Shown: one piece after another, positions 9,305 to 18,240 of the stretch
How positions within the stretch are numbered: position 1 is the stretch's first letter
Layout of the letters: the number at the start of each line of letters is the position of its first letter
IMG/VR virus record: IMGVR_UViG_3300034102_001942
Coordinates: 1-38,338 of that record
Source of the DNA: a virus
Taxonomy: Duplodnaviria; Caudoviricetes
Direction: 5' to 3' (one strand)
DNA: 38,338 bases
Position numbers and translations under genes: made by a program
The notes under the pieces: generated by a model
What the model saw: only the letters and a program-made list of their open reading frames with translations
Told to the model about the DNA's origin: nothing
Databases searched by the model: none

Positions 9305-9565
9305 ATGAGTTACACATCAGAGGCTCACGCCCAATGGCACACGGTTCATGGCTGGGATAGTTGCCCACTGGATTGTGCCGAGGTTGAGGCTCGCTGGGCA
9401 GAAGAAGCAGAACGAGCCGAGTGGACAGAACGCTATGAAGCGTTACCGCCCGAAGAAAAAGCCAAATGGGATGCAGAACTGCAAGCCTATGTGGAAGCAA
9501 CTGCAAAAGAACGAGCGGAACGCTCAGCCAGAACTAAGCCCTATGTAGATGAAGGAAAGTGGTGA
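9305..9565 (+). CDS. Hypothetical protein (H..WH..HG...CPLDC motif plus charged helix)
   Basis: Box plus purine-rich SD before ATG 9305. Confidence 0.6.
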   Translation: MSYTSEAHAQWHTVHGWDSCPLDCAEVEARWAEEAERAEWTERYEALPPEEKAKWDAELQAYVEATAKERAERSARTKPYVDEGKW

Positions 9566-9569
9566 CACG

Positions 9570-10052
9570 ATGACGTACAAAACTATTGCTGAGATTGTCA
9601 AGGCCAACAAAAAGGCAGGCCAGTATTTCTTCAGCCCCGACACGATGGCGTTCTGGGGTTCCAAGGTTGAAACCGATGTCATTGAGGGCTGTTATTTCGT
9701 GACTTCGGAGGACAACTACGACCGCTCCGAAAAGGTGTTCAAGGTGCGTAAGGCGCTAGACAACGGGATTATCCGAACCGTGGAATACAAAGGCTTGTAC
9801 GAGGACATCGGCACGTTGGACACCGCAATCGCCCATGTCTATGCGGTTTCGGCCCAAGAACGGATTGCTGAGCGCAAAGCCTTCCTGCAAGAAACAATCC
9901 AAGAGTTGGAAGGCCAACTTTGTGATTTCGCGTTGGCAACGGGCCGGTACTTGCCAGAACTGACCCCAACCATCAGGGAGTCACTATCCTCGGATTACTT
10001 AGAAATGCTGAGGACGCTAACCACAATCTCCGAAGCCGTAGAAAAAAACTAG
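9570..10052 (+). CDS. Phage hypothetical protein
   Basis: TIAEI..AN..AG.YFF..DTM.F.GS+V...YFVTSE pattern. Confidence 0.65.
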   Translation: MTYKTIAEIVKANKKAGQYFFSPDTMAFWGSKVETDVIEGCYFVTSEDNYDRSEKVFKVRKALDNGIIRTVEYKGLYEDIGTLDTAIAHVYAVSAQERIAERKAFLQETIQELEGQLCDFALATGRYLPELTPTIRESLSSDYLEMLRTLTTISEAVEKN

Positions 10053-10116
10053 GGGGCATCGTGGAGTTTCTTATCTTGTGCTTCGCCATCTGGGCCGTGC
10101 TGAAATACATCAAAGG

Positions 10117-10251
10117 GTGAGCGCGTGGCGTTGCCTGTTGTGTGAAGCGGGCGGAGTTGAAGACACCCATGAGGAGAGCCTCGTGGAATACAAAGCCCAT
10201 TACAACCGACACCACACCAATGTGGTGGACATCACGAAGAACACAAAGTAG
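10117..10251 (+). CDS. Small C2H2 zinc-finger-like protein (44 aa)
   Basis: Not in track; MSAWRCLLCE...HYNRHH. Confidence 0.45.
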   Translation: MSAWRCLLCEAGGVEDTHEESLVEYKAHYNRHHTNVVDITKNTK

Positions 10252-10260
10252 CATCGGCGC

Positions 10261-10407
10261 ATGACCGAAGCGACCGAACTCGTACAAGCGTTGGAGCAAG
10301 AGCGGTTCCGCCCCGACTTCAACTGGTTCACAGGACGGTACACCAAGGAGCCAAGCGACACGGAGGGTCAGCAACTTGACCGCCGAACAGCCCTAGCGCA
10401 GTCGTAA
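10261..10407 (+). CDS. Small hypothetical protein (48 aa)
   Basis: Not in track; TAGCAT-N6-ATG upstream; stop abuts the WhiB start. Confidence 0.5.
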   Translation: MTEATELVQALEQERFRPDFNWFTGRYTKEPSDTEGQQLDRRTALAQS

Positions 10408-10752
10408 GTGGTAGCCCGTTACCCAGTGTTTGAGGGCGACCAAAAGTGTGCAACGATTGACCCAGAAGCCTATTTCCCTGAGGACTCAGGTGGTCACCCA
10501 AGGGAACGGGCCGAAGACGCTAAGCGCCTGTGCGAGGGGTGTTTCTATCTGGAACCTTGTCGGGACTGGGCGATACAATACTTGGTGAAAGGCATTTGGG
10601 GAGGGATGACCGAAGCCCAACGCAAAAAAGCCCGACACAAACGCCGGATACGCGGTATCAGTTTGGACGCTGAAAGGCTCAAAGCCGAGTCAGTGGCCCA
10701 ACAAAAGGAAAGACGCCGACTCAGGCGCACTGAAGGAGACAAACAAACATGA
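10408..10752 (+). CDS. whiB: WhiB-family transcription factor
   Basis: C...DPE.YFP...AK.LC.GC.....C...A......GIWGG.TE.QR; four Cys; basic tail. Confidence 0.92.
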   Translation: MVARYPVFEGDQKCATIDPEAYFPEDSGGHPRERAEDAKRLCEGCFYLEPCRDWAIQYLVKGIWGGMTEAQRKKARHKRRIRGISLDAERLKAESVAQQKERRRLRRTEGDKQT

Positions 10753-10946
10753 GACTATTTGGCAAGGTGTCAGTGCCTTCCTGTAAGATACACATTACGC
10801 AAGTGGGCGAGAAGTTTGCCTATGTCATCACTGAGGGGGAAAATGTTTTGGACGCTGGGTTCCGTTTCGCCTCATTTGAGAGCGCCCGCTCAGCAGCGGT
10901 GACCGCTAAGGCCAATGAACTATTTCAATGGGAGGTAGTGGTTTGA
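10749..10946 (+). CDS. Hypothetical protein
   Basis: ATGA-coupled to whiB; overlaps the ssb start. Confidence 0.55.
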   Translation: MRLFGKVSVPSCKIHITQVGEKFAYVITEGENVLDAGFRFASFESARSAAVTAKANELFQWEVVV

Positions 10947-11365
10947 GTACCACAGACATCGTTTTGCATGGGCGGTTGACCGCTGACGCTGAACTCCGGT
11001 TCACACCACAGGGGACAGCCATCGGCACGTTCCGCATCATCACCAGCCGAAGCAAGAAGACCGACTCGGGCTGGGAGAACCTAGATGTCACGGGCTGGAA
11101 CTGCTCGGTGTGGGAGAAGACAGCGGAAAAGGTGTGTGAGGCTCTACGCAAGGGCGATGCTGTCATCGTCACGGGCCGTGCGTACCAGCGTGAGTACCAA
11201 ACCAAAACTGGGGAGACACGTTTCTCGTTGGAGGTGCAAGTGACTTCCGTTGGTCTGGATTTGAGGTACGCTAAGGAACCTGCTAACCTAAGTGGTGCGC
11301 CCAAGCAATCTGAGCCAGTGGATGTTTGGTCGCAACCAGCACAACTAGAAGAACCACCCTTCTAA
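10943..11365 (+). CDS. ssb: Single-stranded DNA-binding protein
   Basis: GRLTAD.ELRFTP.G...W...AE....L.KGD.VIV.GR..QR.Y...; acidic EEPPF tail. Confidence 0.93.
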   Translation: MSTTDIVLHGRLTADAELRFTPQGTAIGTFRIITSRSKKTDSGWENLDVTGWNCSVWEKTAEKVCEALRKGDAVIVTGRAYQREYQTKTGETRFSLEVQVTSVGLDLRYAKEPANLSGAPKQSEPVDVWSQPAQLEEPPF

Positions 11366-11375
11366 CCCCACAACT

Positions 11376-11456
11376 CCAACCCTGCACTACCCCCCCTTGT
11401 GTAGGTGTTGGCTAGGGGGGCTACCCGTACACCTCCCCCGTTGCCGGTAGCCCCCC
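11376..11456 (+). terminator. Two tandem hairpins downstream of ssb
   Basis: 11376-11411 imperfect stem; GGGGGGCTACC (11415-11425) / GGTAGCCCCCC (11446-11456) perfect 11-bp inverted repeat. Confidence 0.45.
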
Positions 11457-11544
11457 GCTCCCTTTTACGCGAGCAAAATAAGCGGAAACACGGAGTATCC
11501 TTGAAATACACGGGGCTATTTGCCTCCCAACGTAGGAGCGCACA

Positions 11545-12612
11545 ATGGGTACACCACTTAGCCTGACCAAGGGCGAAGTTTCAGTCGGAAAACTAATCAC
11601 CCGCGAAGGCATCGTTTTTGGTGACGGTTCGGTGATGACCTCAGGTGTTGAGTCCGTCCCAGTTGTCACCTCACAGGTGTACGTTGACTACCTTCGTGTT
11701 GATAGTTACACGCCCAACGGGACACGGGAATACCCCTACAAGACTTTGGCGACAGCCAAGGCGAAGGCCGAAACCCTCTCGCCCTCGGGTTCTAACCCAA
11801 TCCGTATCATCCTCATCAGTGGGAACACCTCAGCCACAGCCGAGAACTTGACGTTCAACAACGGGCACCTTTGGATTACTGCTGAAGCCAGTTCAGGCAC
11901 CCACGCCCCAGTGCTGTTCTACGGTTCACTCACGTTCAACGGCTCAGCCTCAACCATCAGTGACAACCATTTCTCCATCTCGGGGCTGATGCTCAACGGG
12001 ATTTCGGGCACCACAGTGGTCACGTTTTCCGGCACCAACCCACAGCGCTTGTTTATGAAGGATGTGTGGATTACAGCCAATGGCACAGCCCACGGTGTGA
12101 CCATGACGAACACAGGCACAGCCTCATCCATCCACACCAATGACTGCAAGTTTTCCCACAACGGTTCGGGCGCTTACCACTGCATCAACATCACCGCTGG
12201 GACAGCCAACCTTGACAGCATTGAAACCTCTGGTGCGGTAGTGGGTGTTATCGGTGTTGACGGGGGCTCATGCAACTTGTCCAACTCGGAGATTGAGTCC
12301 GCTGGCGCCTACGCCATTGACGTTTACGCTGGGGGCTACCTGTCCGCGGCGAACACTAAGATTGTCACAACCGCGGCTAACTCCATCGGCATCAAACTTG
12401 TTGCAGCCACAGCCGTAGCCGCCCTTGGCAACATCAGTTTCAACGTCCCAACCAGTGCAACAACGGGGCGAGCAATAAGCGGTGTAAGTGGCAGTTTCTT
12501 GTTCTACACTTCGCTCTACTTCGTCCCAGACGGGGCGGGAACAACTACGAACACTAAGATTGACACTGTAATCACCCGAGCGGTTATCTCCAGTACGCCG
12601 TCCTTCGTGTAA
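11545..12612 (+). CDS. Right-handed beta-helix (pectin lyase-like) protein
   Basis: YVD......NGT.EYPYKTL..A start motif, then G/S/T/N-rich beta-helix periodicity. Confidence 0.65.
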   Translation: MGTPLSLTKGEVSVGKLITREGIVFGDGSVMTSGVESVPVVTSQVYVDYLRVDSYTPNGTREYPYKTLATAKAKAETLSPSGSNPIRIILISGNTSATAENLTFNNGHLWITAEASSGTHAPVLFYGSLTFNGSASTISDNHFSISGLMLNGISGTTVVTFSGTNPQRLFMKDVWITANGTAHGVTMTNTGTASSIHTNDCKFSHNGSGAYHCINITAGTANLDSIETSGAVVGVIGVDGGSCNLSNSEIESAGAYAIDVYAGGYLSAANTKIVTTAANSIGIKLVAATAVAALGNISFNVPTSATTGRAISGVSGSFLFYTSLYFVPDGAGTTTNTKIDTVITRAVISSTPSFV

Positions 12613-12629
12613 GGAACCACCAAGAACCA

Positions 12630-13613
12630 ATGACCACGCAACTGCCCAAAGGTTCATCCGTTTACATCGCTGGAAAGATGCGGGGCTTACCCAACTTCAA
12701 CTTCCCAGCATTTGACGAAGCGGAGCGCCAGTTACGCGAACTGGGCTACAACCCGTACAACCCTGCCCGAGTTGACCGCCTCACTTACGGGGCTGGTGTG
12801 TCCATCTCCGCGACAGGGAGCATCAAGGACATTGAGTACCTTGGGTTTGATGTGCGCTCCTCCCAAACCAAAGGACTGGACTGGATAGGCCAAAACGCTG
12901 ACGCCGTTTGTGTCATGCCGAACTGGCAACAATCCAAAGGCGCCCGACTAGAAGTCCATGTAGCGCAAGAACTCGGTGTCCCCATCATGTGCATCACCAG
13001 CGAAGGGCTCGTCCCAAGGGTCAGGGCCATCGGGCTTTCAGGGTACGCACAAACAGGGAAAGACACGGTGGCTGAAATCCTCAACGAGTTCGGGTACAAG
13101 CGGGTCTCGTTTGCTGACAACCTCCGCAAAATCCTGCTCACCATTGACCCCATCATGGAATACGTCGGCTGGGGGCTTGATGTGCGCCGAGTGTCAGACG
13201 AAGTAGAAATCCACGGCTGGGAGTACGCCAAGAAAATCCGCACACCTGACCGCCCCGAAGGAGAAATCCGTGTCCTCTTACAACGGTTAGGAACCGAGGG
13301 TGGTCGCGCCCTCCTCGGAGACAACATCTGGGTGGACACCACACTCAACAACATCCCAGACGGAACCAAAGTCGTCCTCACAGACTGTCGCTTCCCCAAC
13401 GAAGCCGAAGCCATCCACGCAGTCGGAGGCCAAGTGTGGAGAGTAACCCGCCCCAACGTAGGAGCGATAAACAACCACCCCAGCGAAACCAGCCTTGACT
13501 ACTACCAGTTTGACGCAAGCGTGGAGAACAAGGGAAGCCGTGAAGAACTACGCACAACGGTCATAGACCTCATGCTTGACTCAGGGCTAATCACGGACAA
13601 AACGGACACATAA
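12630..13613 (+). CDS. DUF4406 (NDT-like) domain fused to deoxynucleoside monophosphate kinase
   Basis: N-terminal VYIAG.M.G...FN.PAF...NPA...W..S.GA.LE...A; C-terminal IGLSG.A.TGKDT.A...FAD.L+...R.LLQ.LGTE.GR...W...TDCRF.NE...H.SE. Confidence 0.85.
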   Translation: MTTQLPKGSSVYIAGKMRGLPNFNFPAFDEAERQLRELGYNPYNPARVDRLTYGAGVSISATGSIKDIEYLGFDVRSSQTKGLDWIGQNADAVCVMPNWQQSKGARLEVHVAQELGVPIMCITSEGLVPRVRAIGLSGYAQTGKDTVAEILNEFGYKRVSFADNLRKILLTIDPIMEYVGWGLDVRRVSDEVEIHGWEYAKKIRTPDRPEGEIRVLLQRLGTEGGRALLGDNIWVDTTLNNIPDGTKVVLTDCRFPNEAEAIHAVGGQVWRVTRPNVGAINNHPSETSLDYYQFDASVENKGSREELRTTVIDLMLDSGLITDKTDT

Positions 13614-13679
13614 AAAAAGACACGCCTAGTTTTGTGTACCCCCCGCCTAGTGTCTGACACGGCTGGTAGAGTTGGGCCA

Positions 13680-13853
13680 ATGAAAGCGCTACAAACCTTG
13701 TTCCGTAAGCCCCGCCAGAAGTCTCTTGGTGAGCGCATCGCGGAAATGCACAAGAACCATCCCATGCCTTCTCGGTGTGATGAGGCCGGAGACCAGTGTT
13801 GTTTGGTCAAGGGCCACAAAGGCGACCATAGGTCAGCGCGAGCCTTAGTCTAA
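13680..13853 (+). CDS. Small Cys/His protein
   Basis: C......CC...GH.G.H; TAGAGT 7 nt before ATG. Confidence 0.5.
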   Translation: MKALQTLFRKPRQKSLGERIAEMHKNHPMPSRCDEAGDQCCLVKGHKGDHRSARALV

Positions 13854-13908
13854 TCGCAGTCCTGTCCCCCAGCGTGAGGATGAACCAATCAGTAAAACCC
13901 TAGTTGGT

Positions 13909-14457
13909 GTGACAGCGCTTGTGTTGTCGTTTGCGCCACTTACAGCCGTAGTTGTGTCCAATCACCCCATTGAGCAGGCCAAGCCCTCTGTGGTGGCCCT
14001 GAAGGCGTCTAAGCCGAAAGTGGTCAAGAAGGCTCCTAAGAAGGTATCCAAGCAGGTATCCCGCACCAAAGTGCGAACCCAGACTTACATCCCCCCAGCC
14101 ACCGAGAAGCCCCGCGCTTCACGCTCAGGTTGCGCTTGGAACAAACCCAAGCCGTGTGGTCGTAATCAGCGCACAGGCTACGCCCTAGCCTCGGCAAGAG
14201 GTTGGGATGGTGAGCAGTGGTTGTGCCTGAAAAAACTTTGGTACAAGGAAAGCGGTTGGAGCATCCACTCCACCAACGCTTCCGGCACAGCCGGTGGCAT
14301 CCCACAAGCCCTCCCAGCATCCAAGATGGCCTCAGCCGGTGACGACTGGCGCACTAACGCTGGCACACAAATCAAGTGGGGGCTCGGGTACATCGCTAAC
14401 CGCTACGGCACCCCTTGTGGGGCTTGGTCACACTTTCAATCACGCAACTGGTACTAG
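13909..14457 (+). CDS. Secreted lytic transglycosylase (SLT-like)
   Basis: Hydrophobic N-terminus; W.CL..LW.KESGW...N.SG.A.GIPQALP.SKM...TQIKWGL.YI..RYG.PCGAW...WY. Confidence 0.88.
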   Translation: MTALVLSFAPLTAVVVSNHPIEQAKPSVVALKASKPKVVKKAPKKVSKQVSRTKVRTQTYIPPATEKPRASRSGCAWNKPKPCGRNQRTGYALASARGWDGEQWLCLKKLWYKESGWSIHSTNASGTAGGIPQALPASKMASAGDDWRTNAGTQIKWGLGYIANRYGTPCGAWSHFQSRNWY

Positions 14458-14465
14458 GGGAGACA

Positions 14466-14653
14466 TGAACCAAGACAACTACGAACCGCAAGCAATCTGC
14501 GAGTGTGGTTGCTCAGCGCAGTGGCACAACTGGGCCAACAAGACGTTGATGTTCTGCGACAACGCCTACAAAATCCCCGAGTTCACGGCTGAACCTTGTG
14601 GCTGTGATGGGTTCCAACAAACTCATGCGAGTACGTCATCCGCACAGGGTTGA
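14466..14653 (+). CDS. Small Cys-rich protein
   Basis: SD GGGGAG; CECGC...WH...C...CGC..F. Confidence 0.5.
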
Positions 14654-15713
14654 CCACCCACGAAGCGAACCGGCCCTTGTGAACCCTGCCAGTGGCATCG
14701 GTTCGTATCATGCGGTTCTTACTCGTGGGCTTCCACAACGGTGAACGCTCACGGTACTCCCCAAGCCGTGGGTGAGCCGTCTTAGCGAAGAACCGTTTCC
14801 CGTTACTCACATACAGCGAAGCCACCCAATCAGCCAACCTCGGTGCAATCCCGAGCCCCTGCCAATCAGGGTGAGTTACGAGCCGGTGTCCCCGAAAAGC
14901 GTCTGTGACTGTTCCACTGGGGTAGGAAAGGACGGAGTAGAAAGCAACGGGCTGTCCGCCGATGACAGCGCACCATGACCGAGCAAAGGGTGAAATGTCT
15001 CCACTGAGGTAGTGGTGCCCCTTGAAATACTCCCAGAGGGCTCCGGTGACCTCAAAAACCTGCGCCACCATTGGTTCACGATGAAGACACCCCCGAGGGT
15101 GAAGAGCCCAAGCCCCAGCATCGGTGTCAATGACCCAATCCGGCTGAAGGTAAGGCAAAACGTCACGGTGACAAGTGGCAAGAACTAGGCGCTTGACACC
15201 AGTGGTTTGGATGTAGCGGGCCAGTGAGGCCGAGGAAGCCAAAGCGATGTTGCGGTCAACCACCGAGGTGTATTCGTCAATGACAGCCCCGTCACCAATC
15301 TGGCGTGCAAGGTCAGCACGAAACTTCTCCCCCGTGGAAAGGACGTTGTACGGTTTCACCCACGTTGGAACCGATGTCAGCCCCACAGCGTAGAGTCGTT
15401 CCCGAGCATCCTCCACACTGGCGAAGTGTGACGCAATGGACTGTCCACGAGACCACTGAGGTTCATGGACTTGGTTGAAGCAATCCAACAAAGTTGACTT
15501 ACCCGTGCCTGAGGCCCCAACAATGACACCGAGACTGAAATCTTCGGGTAGGTCTGCTGGAAGCAAGTAAGGGTAGAACTCGCTCACACCATCGGTTTGG
15601 TAATCAAAGTCGCCCACGAGTTGGGTGGTCACTTCGTCCATGACAACTTTGCTGGTCATGGGGTGTGGTGAGCGTTCAAGGTCAAGCCATGTGTCTGGGT
15701 AGGTCAGTTCCAT
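14583..15713 (-). CDS. ABC-type ATPase fused to Mom-like GNAT acyltransferase
   Basis: GASGTGKST, LSTGEKFR, IDEYTS, ATCH; then HHYL, RLVTHPDWQGLGI; TATGCT-N6-ATG at 15713. Confidence 0.85.
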   Translation of the reverse strand: MELTYPDTWLDLERSPHPMTSKVVMDEVTTQLVGDFDYQTDGVSEFYPYLLPADLPEDFSLGVIVGASGTGKSTLLDCFNQVHEPQWSRGQSIASHFASVEDARERLYAVGLTSVPTWVKPYNVLSTGEKFRADLARQIGDGAVIDEYTSVVDRNIALASSASLARYIQTTGVKRLVLATCHRDVLPYLQPDWVIDTDAGAWALHPRGCLHREPMVAQVFEVTGALWEYFKGHHYLSGDISPFARSWCAVIGGQPVAFYSVLSYPSGTVTDAFRGHRLVTHPDWQGLGIAPRLADWVASLYVSNGKRFFAKTAHPRLGEYRERSPLWKPTSKNRMIRTDATGRVHKGRFASWVVNPVRMTYSHEFVGTHHSHKVQP

Positions 15714-15782
15714 GCACGGAGCATAGCGCAAACCACGGTGTGGTGGTACTGCAACACCGACACAGTGGTGAATAATAACCGC

Positions 15783-15986
15783 ATGACAGGTTGGGTAGCC
15801 CGCGTGGGTGGGTTCGTTCGTTACCGCAACGCCGCGGGTAGGGTTCGTGGAGCCATCATCACTGGTGTGACAAGCCAAACGACACTGAACTTGCGTATCG
15901 GTAACGGGGCCACAAAATCGGTCATTACAGGCGCAACAAAGAAAACTCACGGTTCAACTAGCACTGGTGCAGGGTGGTTCAAGTAG
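15783..15986 (+). CDS. Small basic Gly/Thr-rich protein
   Basis: AATAAT-N6-ATG; 1 nt gap before the next gene. Confidence 0.55.
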   Translation: MTGWVARVGGFVRYRNAAGRVRGAIITGVTSQTTLNLRIGNGATKSVITGATKKTHGSTSTGAGWFK

Positions 15987-15987
15987 C

Positions 15988-16464
15988 ATGAACCTCACCG
16001 AGTTTGTCCAAAAACATGGTGACCCATCTCGGGCTAACTACGCCTCTCAGCACCCAGACTCCCTAACAGCCACAGGTAATCGTGCATACGTCCCCGGGGG
16101 CGAACGTGTTCTAGGGCTGGTGGAAGGTGAAGGGGCACCACCAGCGGATGTTGCACGCACAGTTTATGAAGACAAAAAAACCAATGAATACGCCCACGAG
16201 GCGAAGGAGGCTGTTGCTCGGCTAACGATGCCGTCAACAACTCCCGTAGAAAGGTCTGAGCAAAACAGAAAACTACGGGTTGCAGCAGGTTCGCACGAAA
16301 TAGTTGCTATGCAGTTTGATGCCATCATTGGTTTTGATACCGCCACACCAGACCAAATGAAGGCTAAAAAGTGGTACGAGCAGAAGGCCAAGGAATACCA
16401 AGCCCAAGCCAACGCTGGTAGCATAGCCGAAGCCAATCGGTTAGCGGAAGAAAGTTTCAAGTAA
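15988..16464 (+). CDS. KHGDPSR-tagged small protein 1 (putative internal head protein)
   Basis: MNLTEFVQKHGDPSRANYASQHP; paralog of the next gene. Confidence 0.7.
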   Translation: MNLTEFVQKHGDPSRANYASQHPDSLTATGNRAYVPGGERVLGLVEGEGAPPADVARTVYEDKKTNEYAHEAKEAVARLTMPSTTPVERSEQNRKLRVAAGSHEIVAMQFDAIIGFDTATPDQMKAKKWYEQKAKEYQAQANAGSIAEANRLAEESFK

Positions 16465-16465
16465 C

Positions 16466-16987
16466 ATGGACATGACAGAGTTCGTTGCCAAGCACGGCGA
16501 CCCCTCTCGGCCTAACTACGCAGCGCAACACCCAAACGGTGGTCACAGTGCCGGTACGAAAAGGATGGCTAGTGCAGGTTTCCTTACCCCCAGCGAAAGC
16601 ACACCACCTGATGTTGTTGGGATGACGGTTTCTGAGGACAAGAAAGTGTTCGCACTTGCACAGCAGGCTAAAAGCCAAGGAAACCGCGCTCGTAGCGCTC
16701 AAATAGACGAACTGGCACTCGCACCCGAAAAATACAAAGAACTCAATCTTGACGCGGCCCGAGCGCACCAAAACGTGGCAGACATCTTGGAACCGAAACT
16801 GTACGAAATGGTGGATGGTGAAAAGGCTGTCAGGACTGGTTTGGATGCAACCTACAAAAAGAACTTGTCCACCTCAATAGACTGGTACAGCAAGAAAGCC
16901 ATGGATTTCATTGGTGAGAGCAAGGAAAAGGGCTACATCAACGGTCAAAGGCCCTACGTTGCTTTCCCACCATACACACCCTCATAG
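16466..16987 (+). CDS. KHGDPSR-tagged small protein 2 (putative internal head protein)
   Basis: MDMTEFVAKHGDPSRPNYAAQHP. Confidence 0.7.
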   Translation: MDMTEFVAKHGDPSRPNYAAQHPNGGHSAGTKRMASAGFLTPSESTPPDVVGMTVSEDKKVFALAQQAKSQGNRARSAQIDELALAPEKYKELNLDAARAHQNVADILEPKLYEMVDGEKAVRTGLDATYKKNLSTSIDWYSKKAMDFIGESKEKGYINGQRPYVAFPPYTPS

Positions 16988-17029
16988 GGTAGGCTGGGTA
17001 GCCAACAACCCAACAGCCAAGGAGCCCCA

Positions 17030-17260
17030 GTGAACCAGATTGTCCGCTCAGCCCTAACCACGTTCATCGTCACCCTCATCGGCCTTGTCCCCATGAGCGC
17101 CGTCCTGAACAACGATTTCTCTTGGGTGCAATCAGCCGCCATCGCAGCAGCCCTAGCCGCAGTTCGCACCCTCGTTGCCTACATTGACCCGAACAACACA
17201 TCTTTCGGTATGGGCTCTGACACTGGTGTGGCAACCTCTGAGGACACGTTAGAAGCATGA
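17030..17260 (+). CDS. Holin
   Basis: Two hydrophobic helices, DP....FG tail; ATGA-coupled to the endolysin. Confidence 0.75.
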   Translation: MNQIVRSALTTFIVTLIGLVPMSAVLNNDFSWVQSAAIAAALAAVRTLVAYIDPNNTSFGMGSDTGVATSEDTLEA

Positions 17261-18045
17261 GCGATTTGGGAGCCATCCTGAAGAAGGCTGGGTTGAAAGT
17301 TGTTGACAAGCCGGTCAAAGGACGCCCCCTTCCTTACGGGGAAGTGCGTGGCATCATGTTGCACCACACAGGTGGACGGAACCCCTCTGACCTTGGTGTC
17401 GTCACGAAGGGTCGCGCTGGCCTACCGGGCCCACTGTGCCAGTTGTACGTTGCCCCCGATGGGACATGGCACGTCATCACCGAGGGTCGCGCCAACCACG
17501 CTGGTGCAGGGTCGTGGAACAAGAACGGCCTAGTCATCCCACAAGACCGTGGCAACCAGTTCCTCATTGGGATTGAGATTTCAAGCATGGGTAGCCCCAT
17601 CACTGGGGAGCAGTACGCTTCAGTCATCAAGGGTGTCAGTGCGTTGTGCAAGGCTTACAAGTGGAACGCTAACAAAATCATCCGTCACCGTGACTACGCC
17701 CCACAACGTAAAAGCGACATCAAAAATAGCCTTGCCACTGTTCGGTTAGACGTGTCACGCCAACTTGAAATCAAGCCAAAGCCGACGCCGGTGAAGAAAT
17801 CAACGTACCCACTGCGTGGTATCAAAATCTTTGGGTACCGAGCAATCTGCAACCCCATCACCAAACTACGAACCGTGGGTAAGAGCCCCCACATCGTCAC
17901 TATCCAGAAAAAACTGAAGGTCACACCGGCCTCAGGTTTCTTTGGCTCAAAAACCTACTTCGCTGTGAAACGGTTCCAGAAGTCTAAGAAACTACGAGAC
18001 AACGGTTTCGTTGATAAAGCAACGTGGGACGCACTAGGCTTGTAA
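17257..18045 (+). CDS. Endolysin, N-acetylmuramoyl-L-alanine amidase (Amidase_2) with PG-binding domain
   Basis: LHHT, ANHAG, IGIE, RH.D...RK.D; C-terminal G.FG..T..AVK.FQ...L..NG.VD..TW. Confidence 0.9.
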   Translation: MSDLGAILKKAGLKVVDKPVKGRPLPYGEVRGIMLHHTGGRNPSDLGVVTKGRAGLPGPLCQLYVAPDGTWHVITEGRANHAGAGSWNKNGLVIPQDRGNQFLIGIEISSMGSPITGEQYASVIKGVSALCKAYKWNANKIIRHRDYAPQRKSDIKNSLATVRLDVSRQLEIKPKPTPVKKSTYPLRGIKIFGYRAICNPITKLRTVGKSPHIVTIQKKLKVTPASGFFGSKTYFAVKRFQKSKKLRDNGFVDKATWDALGL

Positions 18046-18084
18046 GTGAACTAATCTAGGGGCTAGTGCAGGTACACTGACCCA

Positions 18085-18240
18085 ATGGATGACCCGTATG
18101 AGAACAGTCCGTTGGCTGTCGCCGCTACGAGCCTCCACGAACTCTTTGAGTGCCTACGAACCGCTGGTTTCAGTGAGTCACAAGCCCTATTTTTGGTAGG
18201 CCAAACAATGATTACATCAGATGAGGGACTAAATGGCTGA
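18085..18240 (+). CDS. Small hypothetical protein (51 aa)
   Basis: Not in track; LHELF..L..AGFSE.QAL; TACACT-N6-ATG; overlaps the portal start. Confidence 0.65.
   Translation: MDDPYENSPLAVAATSLHELFECLRTAGFSESQALFLVGQTMITSDEGLNG

Noticed and set aside
8400-10052. Possible paralogy between 8400-8918 and 9570-10052 (FVT.[DE] segments)
   Set aside because: Similarity is too short to support without alignment statistics
15714-15950. N-terminal extension of the ABC-GNAT ORF given in the track
   Set aside because: It overlaps a plus-strand gene antisense; ATG 15713 has a -10-N6-ATG signature
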